Below are positions 26,720-37,797 of a stretch of 64,000 nucleotides of DNA, piece by piece. The stretch lies in assembly GCA_965112155.1 (NCBI GenBank), contig OZ218110.1, one strand, 5' to 3'. The notes below the pieces were generated by a model. That model saw only the letters and a program-made list of their open reading frames with translations, was not told the DNA's origin and ran no database searches. Numbering within the stretch: position 1 is the stretch's first letter; every line of letters starts with the position of its first letter. The position numbers and the translations under genes were made by a program. This DNA comes from Podarcis liolepis (Eukaryota).

Positions 26720-27183
26720 TTCTTGAATACCTTAAGCTGATAAACAAATTGGCTGCCGAACACTGAAAACCTGGAATTAAGTGTTCCGGTTTTCAAATGT
26801 TTTTTGGAAGCTGAATGTCCAATGCAACTTCCAACTGGGTGCAGGAAGCTCCTGCAGCCAATCAGAAGCCACACCTTGGTTTTCGAATGTTTTGGAAGTG
26901 GAACAAACTTCAGGAATGGATTCCGTTCGACTTCCGAGGTACCTTGGTCCTCGAACGGAATCCGTTCTGGAAGTCTGTTCAAGTTCCAAAATGTTCGAAA
27001 ACCAAGACGCGGCTCCTGATTGGCTGCAGGAAGCTCCTACAGCCAATCGGAAGCCACAAAAGCTGTGACAGATGTTCGGGTTCCAAAGAACATTAGCAAA
27101 CCGGAACACTCACTTCTGGGTTTGTGGCGTTTGGGAGTCAAAACTTTAGACTCGCAAGGTGTTCGGGATCCAAGGTACGACTG
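26720..27183. mobile_element. Two inverted Tc1/mariner MITE copies fused at a GGTACC junction
   Basis: Same family as 5703-5917 and 48069-48318; right end aaggtacgactg|TA. Confidence 0.8.
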
Positions 27184-27703
27184 TAGCTCTAAAACAATTT
27201 TCTGCAAATTTGGAAAAGGTCCACCCATCTGAGGAAGTAGGCTGTAGCTTCAGAAACATTCCTGCCAAGTTAAGACTTGAAGATGCTGAAGCACGCCCAC
27301 CTTTTAAGTGAACTGTTCTTCTGGAACTCAAAAGGCTGATTCCCTTGTGCATGTCTATCACTTGCTTGCTTCTCCCTTGGTGCCCTGGCAAGGCAATGTG
27401 TGAGCTGCCTCCATGGAAACCACAGTCAAGAGGTGCTGGGAGTGGTGCCTGATCTGCGATAACAGTTTCACCCATATGTGATGCTCTACTTATCAATGGG
27501 CATACACGTGAACTCACCCCATTTTTTGGTATGCTTTACAAATAGAAGGCCATTATGTAAAACGTGCACAGTGAAAAAAAGAAAGGAAAAAGAGGAAGAC
27601 TAGGGAGAAAGGGAAAGAAACCACAAGTTATTGTTGTTCATGTTTCATATTTGAAAAATGAAAATAAAAAAGTGGTATCAGCCAAGATTCAGAAGAACCT
27701 AAC

Positions 27704-27924
27704 TCTAAAGCCATTTCTGGTCACTTCCTGTTGTTTGCCGGATGACGTAATAGTTGANNNNNNNNNNNNNNNNNNNNNNNNNNNNNNNNNNNNNNNNNNN
27801 NNNNNNNNNNNNNNNNNNNNNNNNNNNNNNNNNNNNNNNNNNNNNNNNNNNNNNNNNNNNNNNNNNNNNNNNNNNNNNNNNNNNNNNNNNNNNNNNNNNN
27901 NNNNNNNNNNNNNNNNNNNNNNNN
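27704..27924 (-). CDS. SMARCE1: SMARCE1 exon 4 inferred inside the N gap, plus a visible in-frame 3' extension (STITSSGKQQEVTRNGFR) to an alternative donor
   Basis: I did not find exon 4 (QMPSTPGF...NSRVT) elsewhere between exons 3 and 5. The gap is entered, on the minus strand, from a polypyrimidine tract (ttttcatttctctgtgttct). It is followed by 54 open nt ending AGA|GTTAGG. Confidence 0.65.
27758..27924. other. Assembly gap, 167 N
   Basis: Run of N in the sequence. Confidence 1.
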
Positions 27925-30329
27925 AGAACACAGAGAAATGAAAATGGTTTGCAGTACAGCATGCAAAAGCAACCGGAAATTTAAACAAGCATAATGAGGT
28001 GTTAACAGCAGCTGGCTCTCTCTCCCTCTCTCAAGAGGGACAGTAAGCCTGAATGAAACCTGTTGAGGAAAGAGGGGTTTCTCTCTTTAAAAAAAACTTG
28101 CCACTGCAGATTCTGGATGGGTGTAACCTCAAAGTTAAAACAACTGCCTAGTTCAGACAACAACCTTGAGCTAGGTTAAGAACGTTGAGAACTTAAAATA
28201 AGAAAAGTCACTTTATCCAGAGACGGTCCACATATATATTGGCCTATTCCGACCTCTTTTTCTTAATGGTGACACTGATCATTCATAATGTACGGATATT
28301 CTTCACAACTGCGATCAGGGCAGTGCGGTGGGGTAACTGAAGGCATGCTACAACGATAAACTATAATGTTGTTCACTGCTCCTGCTCCTGCTGCACAGAA
28401 AAAGCATTTTGGTTTGTGACACTCATTCTGATTGTGCAGATAAAATATAACTGATAGAATTCGACAGGATGGGGTATGGGTGTGTGAAAACAGTCCAGAT
28501 CCAAGGATCCACAGGCATGCACCTCTAGATCGTGGTACCCTGGCATCTTTACTTGGTCGCAAGTGGTTGGTAGCAAGGTGCAAAATGCACCTGGCGCCTG
28601 GCTAATTTCAAATACTGAAAACAGCAGACCATGGCTTGCTTCATAGCCAGGTCAGAAGAAGGGAACTGCATCATGCAATGAGCAGAGGAAGAATAAAATC
28701 CTAAAGCTCCTTGCTGACATAATGTCAAAGCATGATTTGGCACTGCGTCTGAACCACCCAGTTTGCCAGTCATCTGCCCGCCTGGGGGCTAATTGCTATG
28801 CTCTGTAGGCGAATGGCAAATTGCATGCTTGATTTAAATATACATTCTAAAATAATCAATATAACCTTAGAACTATTACCACCCAACCTGCTGGGCTGGG
28901 CTCCAGCCAACCAAAATTAGAAAAACCAACTACCCTTCAGGTGCTTCTGAAGGATGCTGAAGGAAAACTCCCAAGAAAAATGGAGATTCGCAGCTCTGAT
29001 TCATTGCTTATCCAGGTGCTCATGGGGTACAACCCCCCCCCCAAACTGGAATACTCAAAGGACATGACACATCATAGGAAAGCATCTAAATATGTTTAGC
29101 CAAGTAGACCTAGTCCTTTATATGGGCGCTCGGTGCACCAATATTTTCTTGTCATTTGTATTTTCAAAATTAGTTCACGGTTCAAACTTCAGTATTTATT
29201 TTGGATCTTTATATTCAAACCAAATAAGACTATAGGTTGCATGTTAACAGTTATCTAAAATACAAGTTAACTCACCCTCAAATGAATGAATATTTAATGG
29301 CAGCTGAAAATCCCATAGCCGAGATAGAAATCATTGAAGCTGTGCCACAAAATAAATTAAAATGAATTCTCTTTTTTTCGGGGGGGGGGGAGGTGTTTCC
29401 ATGGTGTCAAAAACATCCAGGAAGGCATTCCAAAGTCAGAGCACTGCCACCAAAAAAGCACTCGCCCTCATATTCACCTGCCACACCACACTTTTCAATG
29501 TTTACCTAGCTCTAGCAAGGTGCTAGGAGCTGTACAGGATAGAGAAACTGACATGGTGCAAGTACATGGAAACATCCCATAACAGGTTGACCAGTTATGT
29601 TGCTAGATGGTTGACTAGGACCAGTAAATGAAACATACTTAACTCATCAGTACTTAAATGTCTTTATTGCCGGCTCATTTCTGAGAGCAATTCAAAGTGC
29701 TTCTGTTAACCTTTAAAGTCCTATACAGCCGGAAAGCTGTCAAGTATAAGTAGGGCTGCTTACTCTCGCACAAACCTGTCTCCATGGTTAAGTCCTCTGT
29801 TGAGGCCCTTCTCTGGGTGCCTCTCCTGCAGTATAAGTGAGTAGCAACTAAAGAAAGGGCCTTGGAACACTCTCCCCAGGGAGACTGGCACAAAATTTCA
29901 CATCCTGCTGGCATCAGGAGACTTTGTTTTATTTGCCCAGGTCTTTCAAAATAGATTTGCTTTCAGGCTGCCAATGTGCTTTTCCTGGTTCTTTATAGTT
30001 CTATTATTATCATTTCAAAATATCCCTATAAGCCACCCTGGAGGTTGTGAATCTGGCAGGTGATATATCAAATACTTTAATTAAATAAATGCAATGGGGA
30101 CTCCAGCCAGCCAGATGTTTCTAGAACGCAGTGGGAGGAAAGCTTACATAGTTACCCTGGTATGGAGTGGGTGACACAAAATTATTTTAAAATTATTGCA
30201 GCCCTGAAGAGAAACTGCACAGCCACAATATTTAATCAATGTAATCAGAATTCAGTGCATCGAAAGATCTCAGAGGGCAAGGAACTTTATGTTCTAGTGT
30301 ACAAGAGTAGCCAACAGTTGCATGGAAAA

Positions 30330-31356
30330 GGTCAGGTAGGCCAAAGCTCAGAATGAACCGGGCTTGCAAGTCAAGTTAAAAATAATAATAAAGATTTATT
30401 CAGCTACATTCAAAGCAAGAGGAAGTTCAAGCAAGTAGTAGGTTCCTTGCATGGATCAGGGGGATGTTGTGGACATGGTGTATGAGGGGATGCTCATCAT
30501 ATTTGCAGAGGACACCAAATTGGTAGAAGCCAATGCCGCAGAATCAGAATTCAAGACTGGAGAACTGGGCCAAAACTAATGCAATTAATTTCAAGAGGGA
30601 CAAATATGAAATTCTATACCTAGGCATGAAGAACAAGTTGAACAAACAGAAGATGGGGGGACACCAGGCTTGCAAGTAGGACATGTTAAAAGGATCTAGG
30701 GGTCAAAGTAGACCTTAAGCTGGACATGAGTAAACAGTGTGATGCAGCAGCAAAAAAAAAGTTAATGCTATTCTAGGCTGCATCTACAGAAGTATAGAGT
30801 CCAGATCAAGGGAAGTAATAATACCACTCTATTCTGCCTTGGTCAAAACACACCTAGAGTACTATGTCCAGTTCTGGGCACCACAATTTAAAAATGATAT
30901 TGACAAACTGCAATGTGTGCAGAGAAGGGAAGCCAAGACGATCAAGGGCCTGGAAACCAATCCTTATGAGGAATGGTTGAGAAAGTTTAGCCTGGTAAAG
31001 AGAAGACTGAGAGGAGATATGATAGCCATCTTCCAATTATCTTAGGGGCTGTCACATGGAAGATGGAGCAAACTTGTTTTCTCCTGCTCAGGAGGGCAGG
31101 ACTCGATCCAATGGATTCAAGCTAACAGAAAGGAGATTCCAACTAAACATCAGAAAAAAAACTTTCTGACAGTAAGCGCTGTTTGACAGTGGAATGGATT
31201 CTCTTGGGAAGTTGTGGACCCTACTTCCTTGGAGGTTTCCAAGCACAGGTTGACTAACCACCTGCCATGGATGCTTTAGCTGAGATTCTTGCACTGCAGG
31301 CGGCTGGAGCAGATGACCCCTGGGGTCCCTTCCAACTCTACACATCTATGAATCTA
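30330..31356 (+). mobile_element. CR1 LINE fragment with internal deletions
   Basis: IFAEDTKL (FADDTKL-like), [26 protein letters not shown]; CR1 3' end ggtcccttccaactcta...ctatgaatcta. Confidence 0.9.
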
Positions 31357-33603
31357 AGGAAATGTCATTGGCACCCCAGTGCTAAACTCATTCGATGGAA
31401 GTAAGTTCTGCACAAATCAGTGAGGCTCCTTTCCACGTAAATGATATAACTGTTAACGGCTAGATAATACAACTTTTAATAATGGGGGTTCTATTTGGTA
31501 GCCTGGTGAATAGGTAGAGTGGACAAACAATGCTTAAATGATGGTCAAAGAAGGGTACCAGGTTCTCACACAGCACCAATCTATAATTAAAACCAAGTCC
31601 AAAATCCAGACGCCGTCAGATTATGGTTTGTTTTGGAGCAAACAAACCATAGTTGAGCTGCTGGGGAGGGTTCACATATAGCACTAAGCCACGGTTTAAT
31701 GAACTACAGCTTAATGAACCATGGTTTAATGTTATGTGCAAACCAGGCCACTGCAGTAACTAATGACCAAATAGAAATAAAATGTTTAGCAGTGCCACAG
31801 AAAAAGGGGGAAATAGGATCCAACCAACAGTTCTGTCCAGTATACCCAAACCTGGACAATTCTTGGCTCTTGAACCATCCCGATACTCTGTTTTATTCTG
31901 TTCTGGAGAAGGTGAACCATAAATGCAACTAATACCCAAATCATTACTTTGAGACAGTACACTAGGTGCATAGTTTGCAGCTTGAATGCACTCCCAAAAG
32001 GCGGGCAATAAATATTTTTAATATAGTGGTTTAATAATAAGAGGTTTTCTCTTTTTTTTTTTTGCAAAAGCAGTTTTGAGCATGGCCTCAGTATTTTTTT
32101 AAAAAAGTGATATGCACCAATTACAGACTCTCCAGATACCTTTCAGTTGGACCATCAGTATGCAGCAATCTGTGGAAACAGGCATGCTCACATTGTTTGG
32201 GCCATCAGAAACAAAATGAGTAGGCTGTGTTCAGGTGAGGTGCAAGGAGAAGAGGGAGAACACCTACCAAAAAGGTCACTGCATATGTGACAAACAGCCC
32301 ACAAAAAATGGAATCAGTGAGCTTTTGCATGAGTAGTGTCTGCAGATGTATAATTGTTTATTTTTCATTATTTTCTGTTACCACACAAAATCCAGATTAA
32401 ATGGAAAGAGCTATAGGATGGCATTCTGACATGGTGTCAAACATGGTGTGAGTTCTACAATAAATTCCCATCAGGAAGCCCTCTGGCTCTGCAGACAGCA
32501 GCCGAAGCAGGGAGGCTGAGTTCACACATCACTTGCACTTTGGTTTAGACAAGAAGCTGCACCAAGCCTTGAGTTTGCACACCCACCCCACATAGCTAAG
32601 GAGGAGGTTGGGGACCTTCACTTCTATTTAACCACAGCTTCCTGTGTCATCCAAACCTGTGGTCAATTTGGTTAAAGAAGCCAGTTTCTGAAAACACAAT
32701 TTGAAGTTGGCTTGTTTTAAGCTAACTATAGTTAAAAACCATAGACAGCATGACAACTGTAGTAAAGCAAAAGCTTCTTCTCACCTGAACTCAACAATGG
32801 TTTAGCGTGACATGCCAGCCTGGTCACAAAGTGGAAACCTGAGGCCTGCATTTAATTCTTACCTTCTGCTCTCTAAAGTATGTGGCTTATAGTGTGCCTT
32901 CCTTTTCATAGCACACACCACACAGATGTTCTGAACGTGTTTACTCAAAAGGTTAATCTACTATCTTTCCCTAGAAGTGAAAACCTTGTTGCTGTTCTTT
33001 GTGTACCTCACTTCCACCTTCTGCTACTGTATCTAATAGCTATAACAACATCTCCCCCCCCCATTCCCTGCCAAGGTGTTTATACCTCATTCTATGGGAA
33101 TAATTACAATATACAATTAGGGAGATTCACAAATGCCTGTTATTACCACACAGATGCTCATATCTTAGCAGACTTAAAAAACAGAGCTTGCATTTATCCA
33201 GGTTTCCAAAAATGTGTGGTCACAGCTTTTACTAGGTGCTTTGGAAAGAAGCTATGTGAGATATTACTTGGATTAAAGACGCAACACGAGATTAAAATGT
33301 GTACTTTTACAAAAATGAATGCCAAATGTTATAGGAAGTAAGCTTGTGTTATAGTCTGGAAACATAGCAAGCAGCAGGCATGAGACCCCAAGTTCTAATT
33401 CTTGAAAATGCCAGTTAAAAGCACTCCACAGCGAGGGCTGGCAAAGGATTCTGAGGTATGGACTGAAGTCAGAATTTAATCACGCTGTTTGAGAGGAACC
33501 ATTTGTCTGATTTGGTTTACAGAGCTCTGCAGTATCTTCTCTGCTGAACTAAAATGAAATCAGGCTTTAGTTTACAAAGGAAGAAAAATACTTTCATACT
33601 TAC

Positions 33604-33647
33604 GGTTGTGGGGGCTGGGGTGGGTGGTGGGGCATAGGATGGCCTTT
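33604..33647 (-). CDS. SMARCE1: SMARCE1 exon 3 (44 nt, KRPSYAPPPTPAPTT)
   Basis: cag| ... |gtaagt boundaries; translation matches the BAF57 N-terminus. Confidence 0.96.
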
Positions 33648-34136
33648 CTGTTTTAAAAAAGAAGGGGGGGGGGAGAATAACTATGTAGACAAGCTGGAAA
33701 CCTAGAGACTGCCAGGAAAAATTTCAAGTATCAAATCAAAAGGTGAATAGATGAAGGAAAGTCTGTCATTTAAGAAAATACTTCATATAGGAGCATCCAA
33801 GCTGTGGTTTGTAATCTTGTGTTCAGTTGCCAAGAACTCAAAGAAGTGAGTAGAATGAACAAGCCCAAGTAAATTAAAAGTACAACAGAATTTCTCTGTA
33901 TTCTTCCCTTCTCCAATTCTAACTGAACAACAAAAGGGTGGCTGGTTGAGTTGCTGAAGCAGTAACAGACTTTTCATGAGACTGCACATCCAGACTGTCA
34001 CAATTTTCAGGATTTTGGAAAATTCAGGGTGCACAATTATAGTTGATTTGGAGCTCTTGTGCAAATGAACTTTTTGCCATAAGGACAGTGACAGTAACAC
34101 ACTAAGTACGTAGTTCAAAATTGGGAAGGTTTAGAG

Positions 34137-34204
34137 CAGACTTTCTCAACTTTGGATCCCCAGGCGTCCCCAGATGTCTGGGGACCCAAGGCTGGGAAAG
34201 GCTG
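34137..34204. mobile_element. Internally deleted hAT MITE (68 bp)
   Basis: Perfect TSD gtttagag. Confidence 0.8.
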
Positions 34205-34326
34205 GTTTAGAGAGTGTAGATATCATTATCAATGATCCATGGAATGAAATATTGGTGCTATTCTATATGTGGATATGAATTAAATAAGAAAAAACACACA
34301 TACACACAGACTGCTGCTGAACTTAC

Positions 34327-34333
34327 TTGACAT
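34327..34333 (-). CDS. SMARCE1: SMARCE1 exon 2 coding part (ATGTCAA); whole exon 34327-34369
   Basis: Acceptor ttctttttcag|ATCT at 34370, CCAAAATGTCAA|GTAAGT donor. Phase 1 joins exon 3 to give MSK. Confidence 0.92.
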
Positions 34334-35149
34334 TTTGGTAGAAAAGTGTTCAACCAGCTGACATTAGATCTGAAAAAGAAAAGCAGAACATCACTATAAA
34401 TCATGTTCTCTCTTGACACATCCCATATAAACAGTTGGACCAACGTATTCCTCCAACATCAACAACTAAAGCACATAATTGATATACAGTACTGAACAGC
34501 AATCATCTATAAACTTCATTGTTTGCAGTACTGAGCTACCTTCTTAAACACAGATAATCCCCTTGTTGTTTCAGAGCAAAGATATGAACCAGCACAGGAA
34601 AAGTTTATTTCCCTCCCCCTTTAAACACTACCCACTTGTAGCGACTTCTTTCAGAAAAAGAAAAAGTTGAAAGCAAATATCGCAAATGGTTTTCCTCTCT
34701 AGAGAAGAAAAAACTCTGAATCAAAATGTGCTTGTTTTGTGTAACAAGATCAAAATCTCAGAGTCGTTAATGATAACAGATTAATTTAGGAGGATCAGTG
34801 TTTATATGTGTGTGTGTACACACACATATGTACACTCAATGAGGCCAAAATTAGACTCACAAAATGTTTAGGGGTATGAGTACCCCTGAGTACCCCCCCC
34901 CACAAACCCTGATCCTCCTAAATTAATCTGTTATCAATAACGACCCTGGGAGTTTGAGATTTATATTATATTTTATATATAGCTTTCATATATATATAGA
35001 GAGAACTTTCTTTTTAAAAATCACGTTATGCCTTTTGTGCTTTTATGCTGTGAACCGCCCTGTGATTTTCGGACGAAGGGCGTTCTATAAACGCAATAAA
35101 ATAAATAAATGAACTGAAGTACTGCCAGCTCTGCCTGTCCATCCCCTCC

Positions 35150-35870
35150 GCAAGAAGACGACGACGACCCGCTGGACTCAGCAGGACCTACTTCGAAGTA
35201 GACCTAGTGAGGACTGCGGGGAGGGGGCGCCACCCTCACAGCGGGTGCGGGGAGGAGGACAGCTAACGGGCGCGCAGGCTCTCTCTCACACAGGCGCCAC
35301 ACCCAGACTGGGCCCCGCAAACTCACCGGCTCCAACACAGGCCTCGGGCCTCGCTCCTTTGTCTCCAACGAGAGGGAAGCGGCGGAAGCAGGGATGGAGA
35401 GAGAGGGAGGAGGGGGAAGGCCGCAACTTCCGTTTCCTCTTCAGCACTTTCCACACAAACCTTTCCCCTCGCCCTGGCTCTCTCACCCACTCACCCCATT
35501 GCCCACTTTCCAATTGAAAACAAAAACCTCCCAATTTGGGAAGACATTTGCACCCACTCATCTCCCTCTTAACTTAAAAGGACGCTGCCAGCGGATTGTT
35601 GCGAAACTGCGAATGCAATATAGAAATTACATTTCCCGAAGCTGCCTGTTTGAAGCGGTTGGTAGGCAAGGAGTCGCGCGCCGGGTCACGTGAGGGCGAA
35701 CGTGACGACGTGACGCAAAGGGAGTGAGCGTAGAGTTTAAGCAGGTCGGTGCGCAGGGCTCGTCGTCCGGTTCTTTTATGCGGGGAAGGTGGGAGAGTGT
35801 CGGTAGAAGTCGAAGCAGAAATGTCAGGATTTCTGCAGCCAGAAACAAACGGGAGTAGAGCAGCGAGGGC
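35150..35870. promoter_or_regulatory. CpG-island promoter of SMARCE1
   Basis: CpG-dense relative to flanks. E-box GTCACGTGA 35685-35693, several TGACG (CRE half-sites) 35703-35715, ETS-like ACTTCCG ~35426, degenerate ZNF143-like ATTACATTTCCCGAAGCTGC 35626-35645. Confidence 0.8.
35327..35440 (-). other. SMARCE1: SMARCE1 non-coding exon 1 (5' end approximate)
   Basis: Strong donor CCG|GTGAGT at 35326-35321 inside the CpG island. ETS-type GGAAGT/GGAAGC motifs nearby. TSS not determinable from sequence. Confidence 0.6.
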
Positions 35871-36599
35871 TTTCTCTTTCTATTTTGCTGCTATCCCCAA
35901 CCACCCTCAGAGCTACTTCTGACCTGCAAGATGGACAATGTCCTCCTCTTCAAAGCTTTCCCAAGGCTATTTGTCTAGACACAACCCCCCACCCCCGGGG
36001 ATAATGAAATATATTGGCAATCTCTCTTCGATGTTTAAACCCCTCTCTCCGGGAAGGAGTAAGGCAGTCTTTTGTTTTGGGGATAGACACATTGCTGTTC
36101 AGTCACAGCCACAGCAAAATCCTGATTATCTCAATTGATATCTATTTGTTGCTGCATATTGGAAGGTGAAAATATGGCTTTGGTCCACTTATTTTTGCAA
36201 CCTTCAATAGCGACAAGCTCTAAGTCTTAAAGAGTCCTGGCGCAAATTTACTCCTGGGGGAACAGCAATTTCATGTAGCAATAAACCTATTGATGTAATT
36301 CTCGCGACTAGTTTAGATTTCTGTTTCAAAAGGGTAGAAGCAAAGCAAGCCAACATTTCCACAAATTAGCTTATTTCAAGAATTTGAAGAGAAAGGTTTG
36401 CTACCTGCAGATGGGATATATTTGTGTTGTATTCTTATTTTTGCTTTTGTGCTGTCTAGATTGGTCACCTGTGTTTTAATATAATAGAGTTTTGCATACA
36501 GACAGGGATATTGAGAGGTTACCGCATGGTGTGATCTGAAAGCAAGGGCTTAAATGGTATTTGTGCCTCCCACCGGGCAAGAGATTAATGTGTGTCAGT

Positions 36600-37130
36600 G
36601 CTCATTTTCCTAATTTAAAAAGTATTCTAACAGGACCTCCAAAAGCAGTCCTGTCTCCCCCGTGTAAGGAAAAAGATTTTAATGCTTAAATGTTTGTGGT
36701 CCTAATCAGTTTGTGGGATGTAAAATTAGGGCTTTCCATTCCTGGCCCAACAGATGTATCCTAGACAGGAGAGTCACTTCTATGAGAACCTATAAGCCTT
36801 TGTGGCAGAAGGTATTTACAGAAATAAGCTATATTGCGGGTCAACGTGGAATGTATCACAAGTTTTGGATTTTAAAAGAAGGGCAATCTGGCTTTGTTGT
36901 AACGAACTAATTATTTTTCTTTTGCAGTGGCACGTCTACTAGTGTCACAGAATTGGAAAGGATTGAAACATCTGTGTATCTCCAGTTGGAAACGGAATGG
37001 ATGGTCTATTGCTGCACCAGAGAAATTAATAAACAGATTACATGCATTGAATAATACAAATGATGGAGACGATTTTGTTGAAATATGGCATCCTTTTATC
37101 AAATATTATAAGACTTTAAATTATTTCTAA
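36600..37130 (+). mobile_element. Degraded L1-type ORF2 C-terminal fragment
   Basis: ARLLVSQNWK...EKL...FVEIWHPFIKY resembles L1 C-termini. Confidence 0.55.
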
Positions 37131-37797
37131 ATCTGCATCTATATGCCATGGTGTATTTCTAACAGCGAAACCGGACGCCTTCATCTGTCCCCGCTGCCAT
37201 AAAACTTTTCTCTCTCATATTGGTCTCTACAGCAACAGCAGGGGCTGTAACTCTCTAGTGGCTCATTCTTCCATTGTCTCAAGACCGATGGATGCCACCA
37301 AATATGCATGATATATGCAAATACACATTATATGCAAATTTCATGCACATCTGTGTCATCCATCTGTGGCCCTCTAGTTGTTGGACTCCAACTCCCATCG
37401 GCTCCAGTCAGCATGGCTAAAGATCAAGCATGATGGGAATTGTAAGCCAACAACATCTGGAGGCCCACATGTTCCCCACCCATACCCCAAAGTGACCAGA
37501 GGATAATGGCCCTCTAAGATAACCAATTTTGATTTAGCTTGTTTTCCCACAGCATAGTTTTCACTAAGGTGGTGACTCTTGCTTGTACTACTTTCAACTG
37601 TGGGCAGCCGTTTGTGGGATTGCTCTTGCAAGTAAACAAATAAATCCTTGTTAGCAGAAGACCAGATGCACATGAGGAACTTCTTCCTGACAGTCTAGTT
37701 TTCAGAATATGATATTATCTAATATGCCTGTTTGATTTGCAAATATTGGTATGAGTTTGGGGGTGCCAGTCTCCCCTAAATTCCTGGACCTAGTAAG

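Noticed and set aside
27564-27988. Long X-containing ORFs
   Set aside because: Artefacts of reading through the N gap. Only the minus-strand STITSSGKQ... segment is treated as meaningful.
35495-35600. Alternative SMARCE1 exon 1 ending at donor GGG|GTGAGT (35494)
   Set aside because: Plausible but unsupported. The 35327 donor follows sequence that better resembles the mammalian 5' UTR as I recall it.
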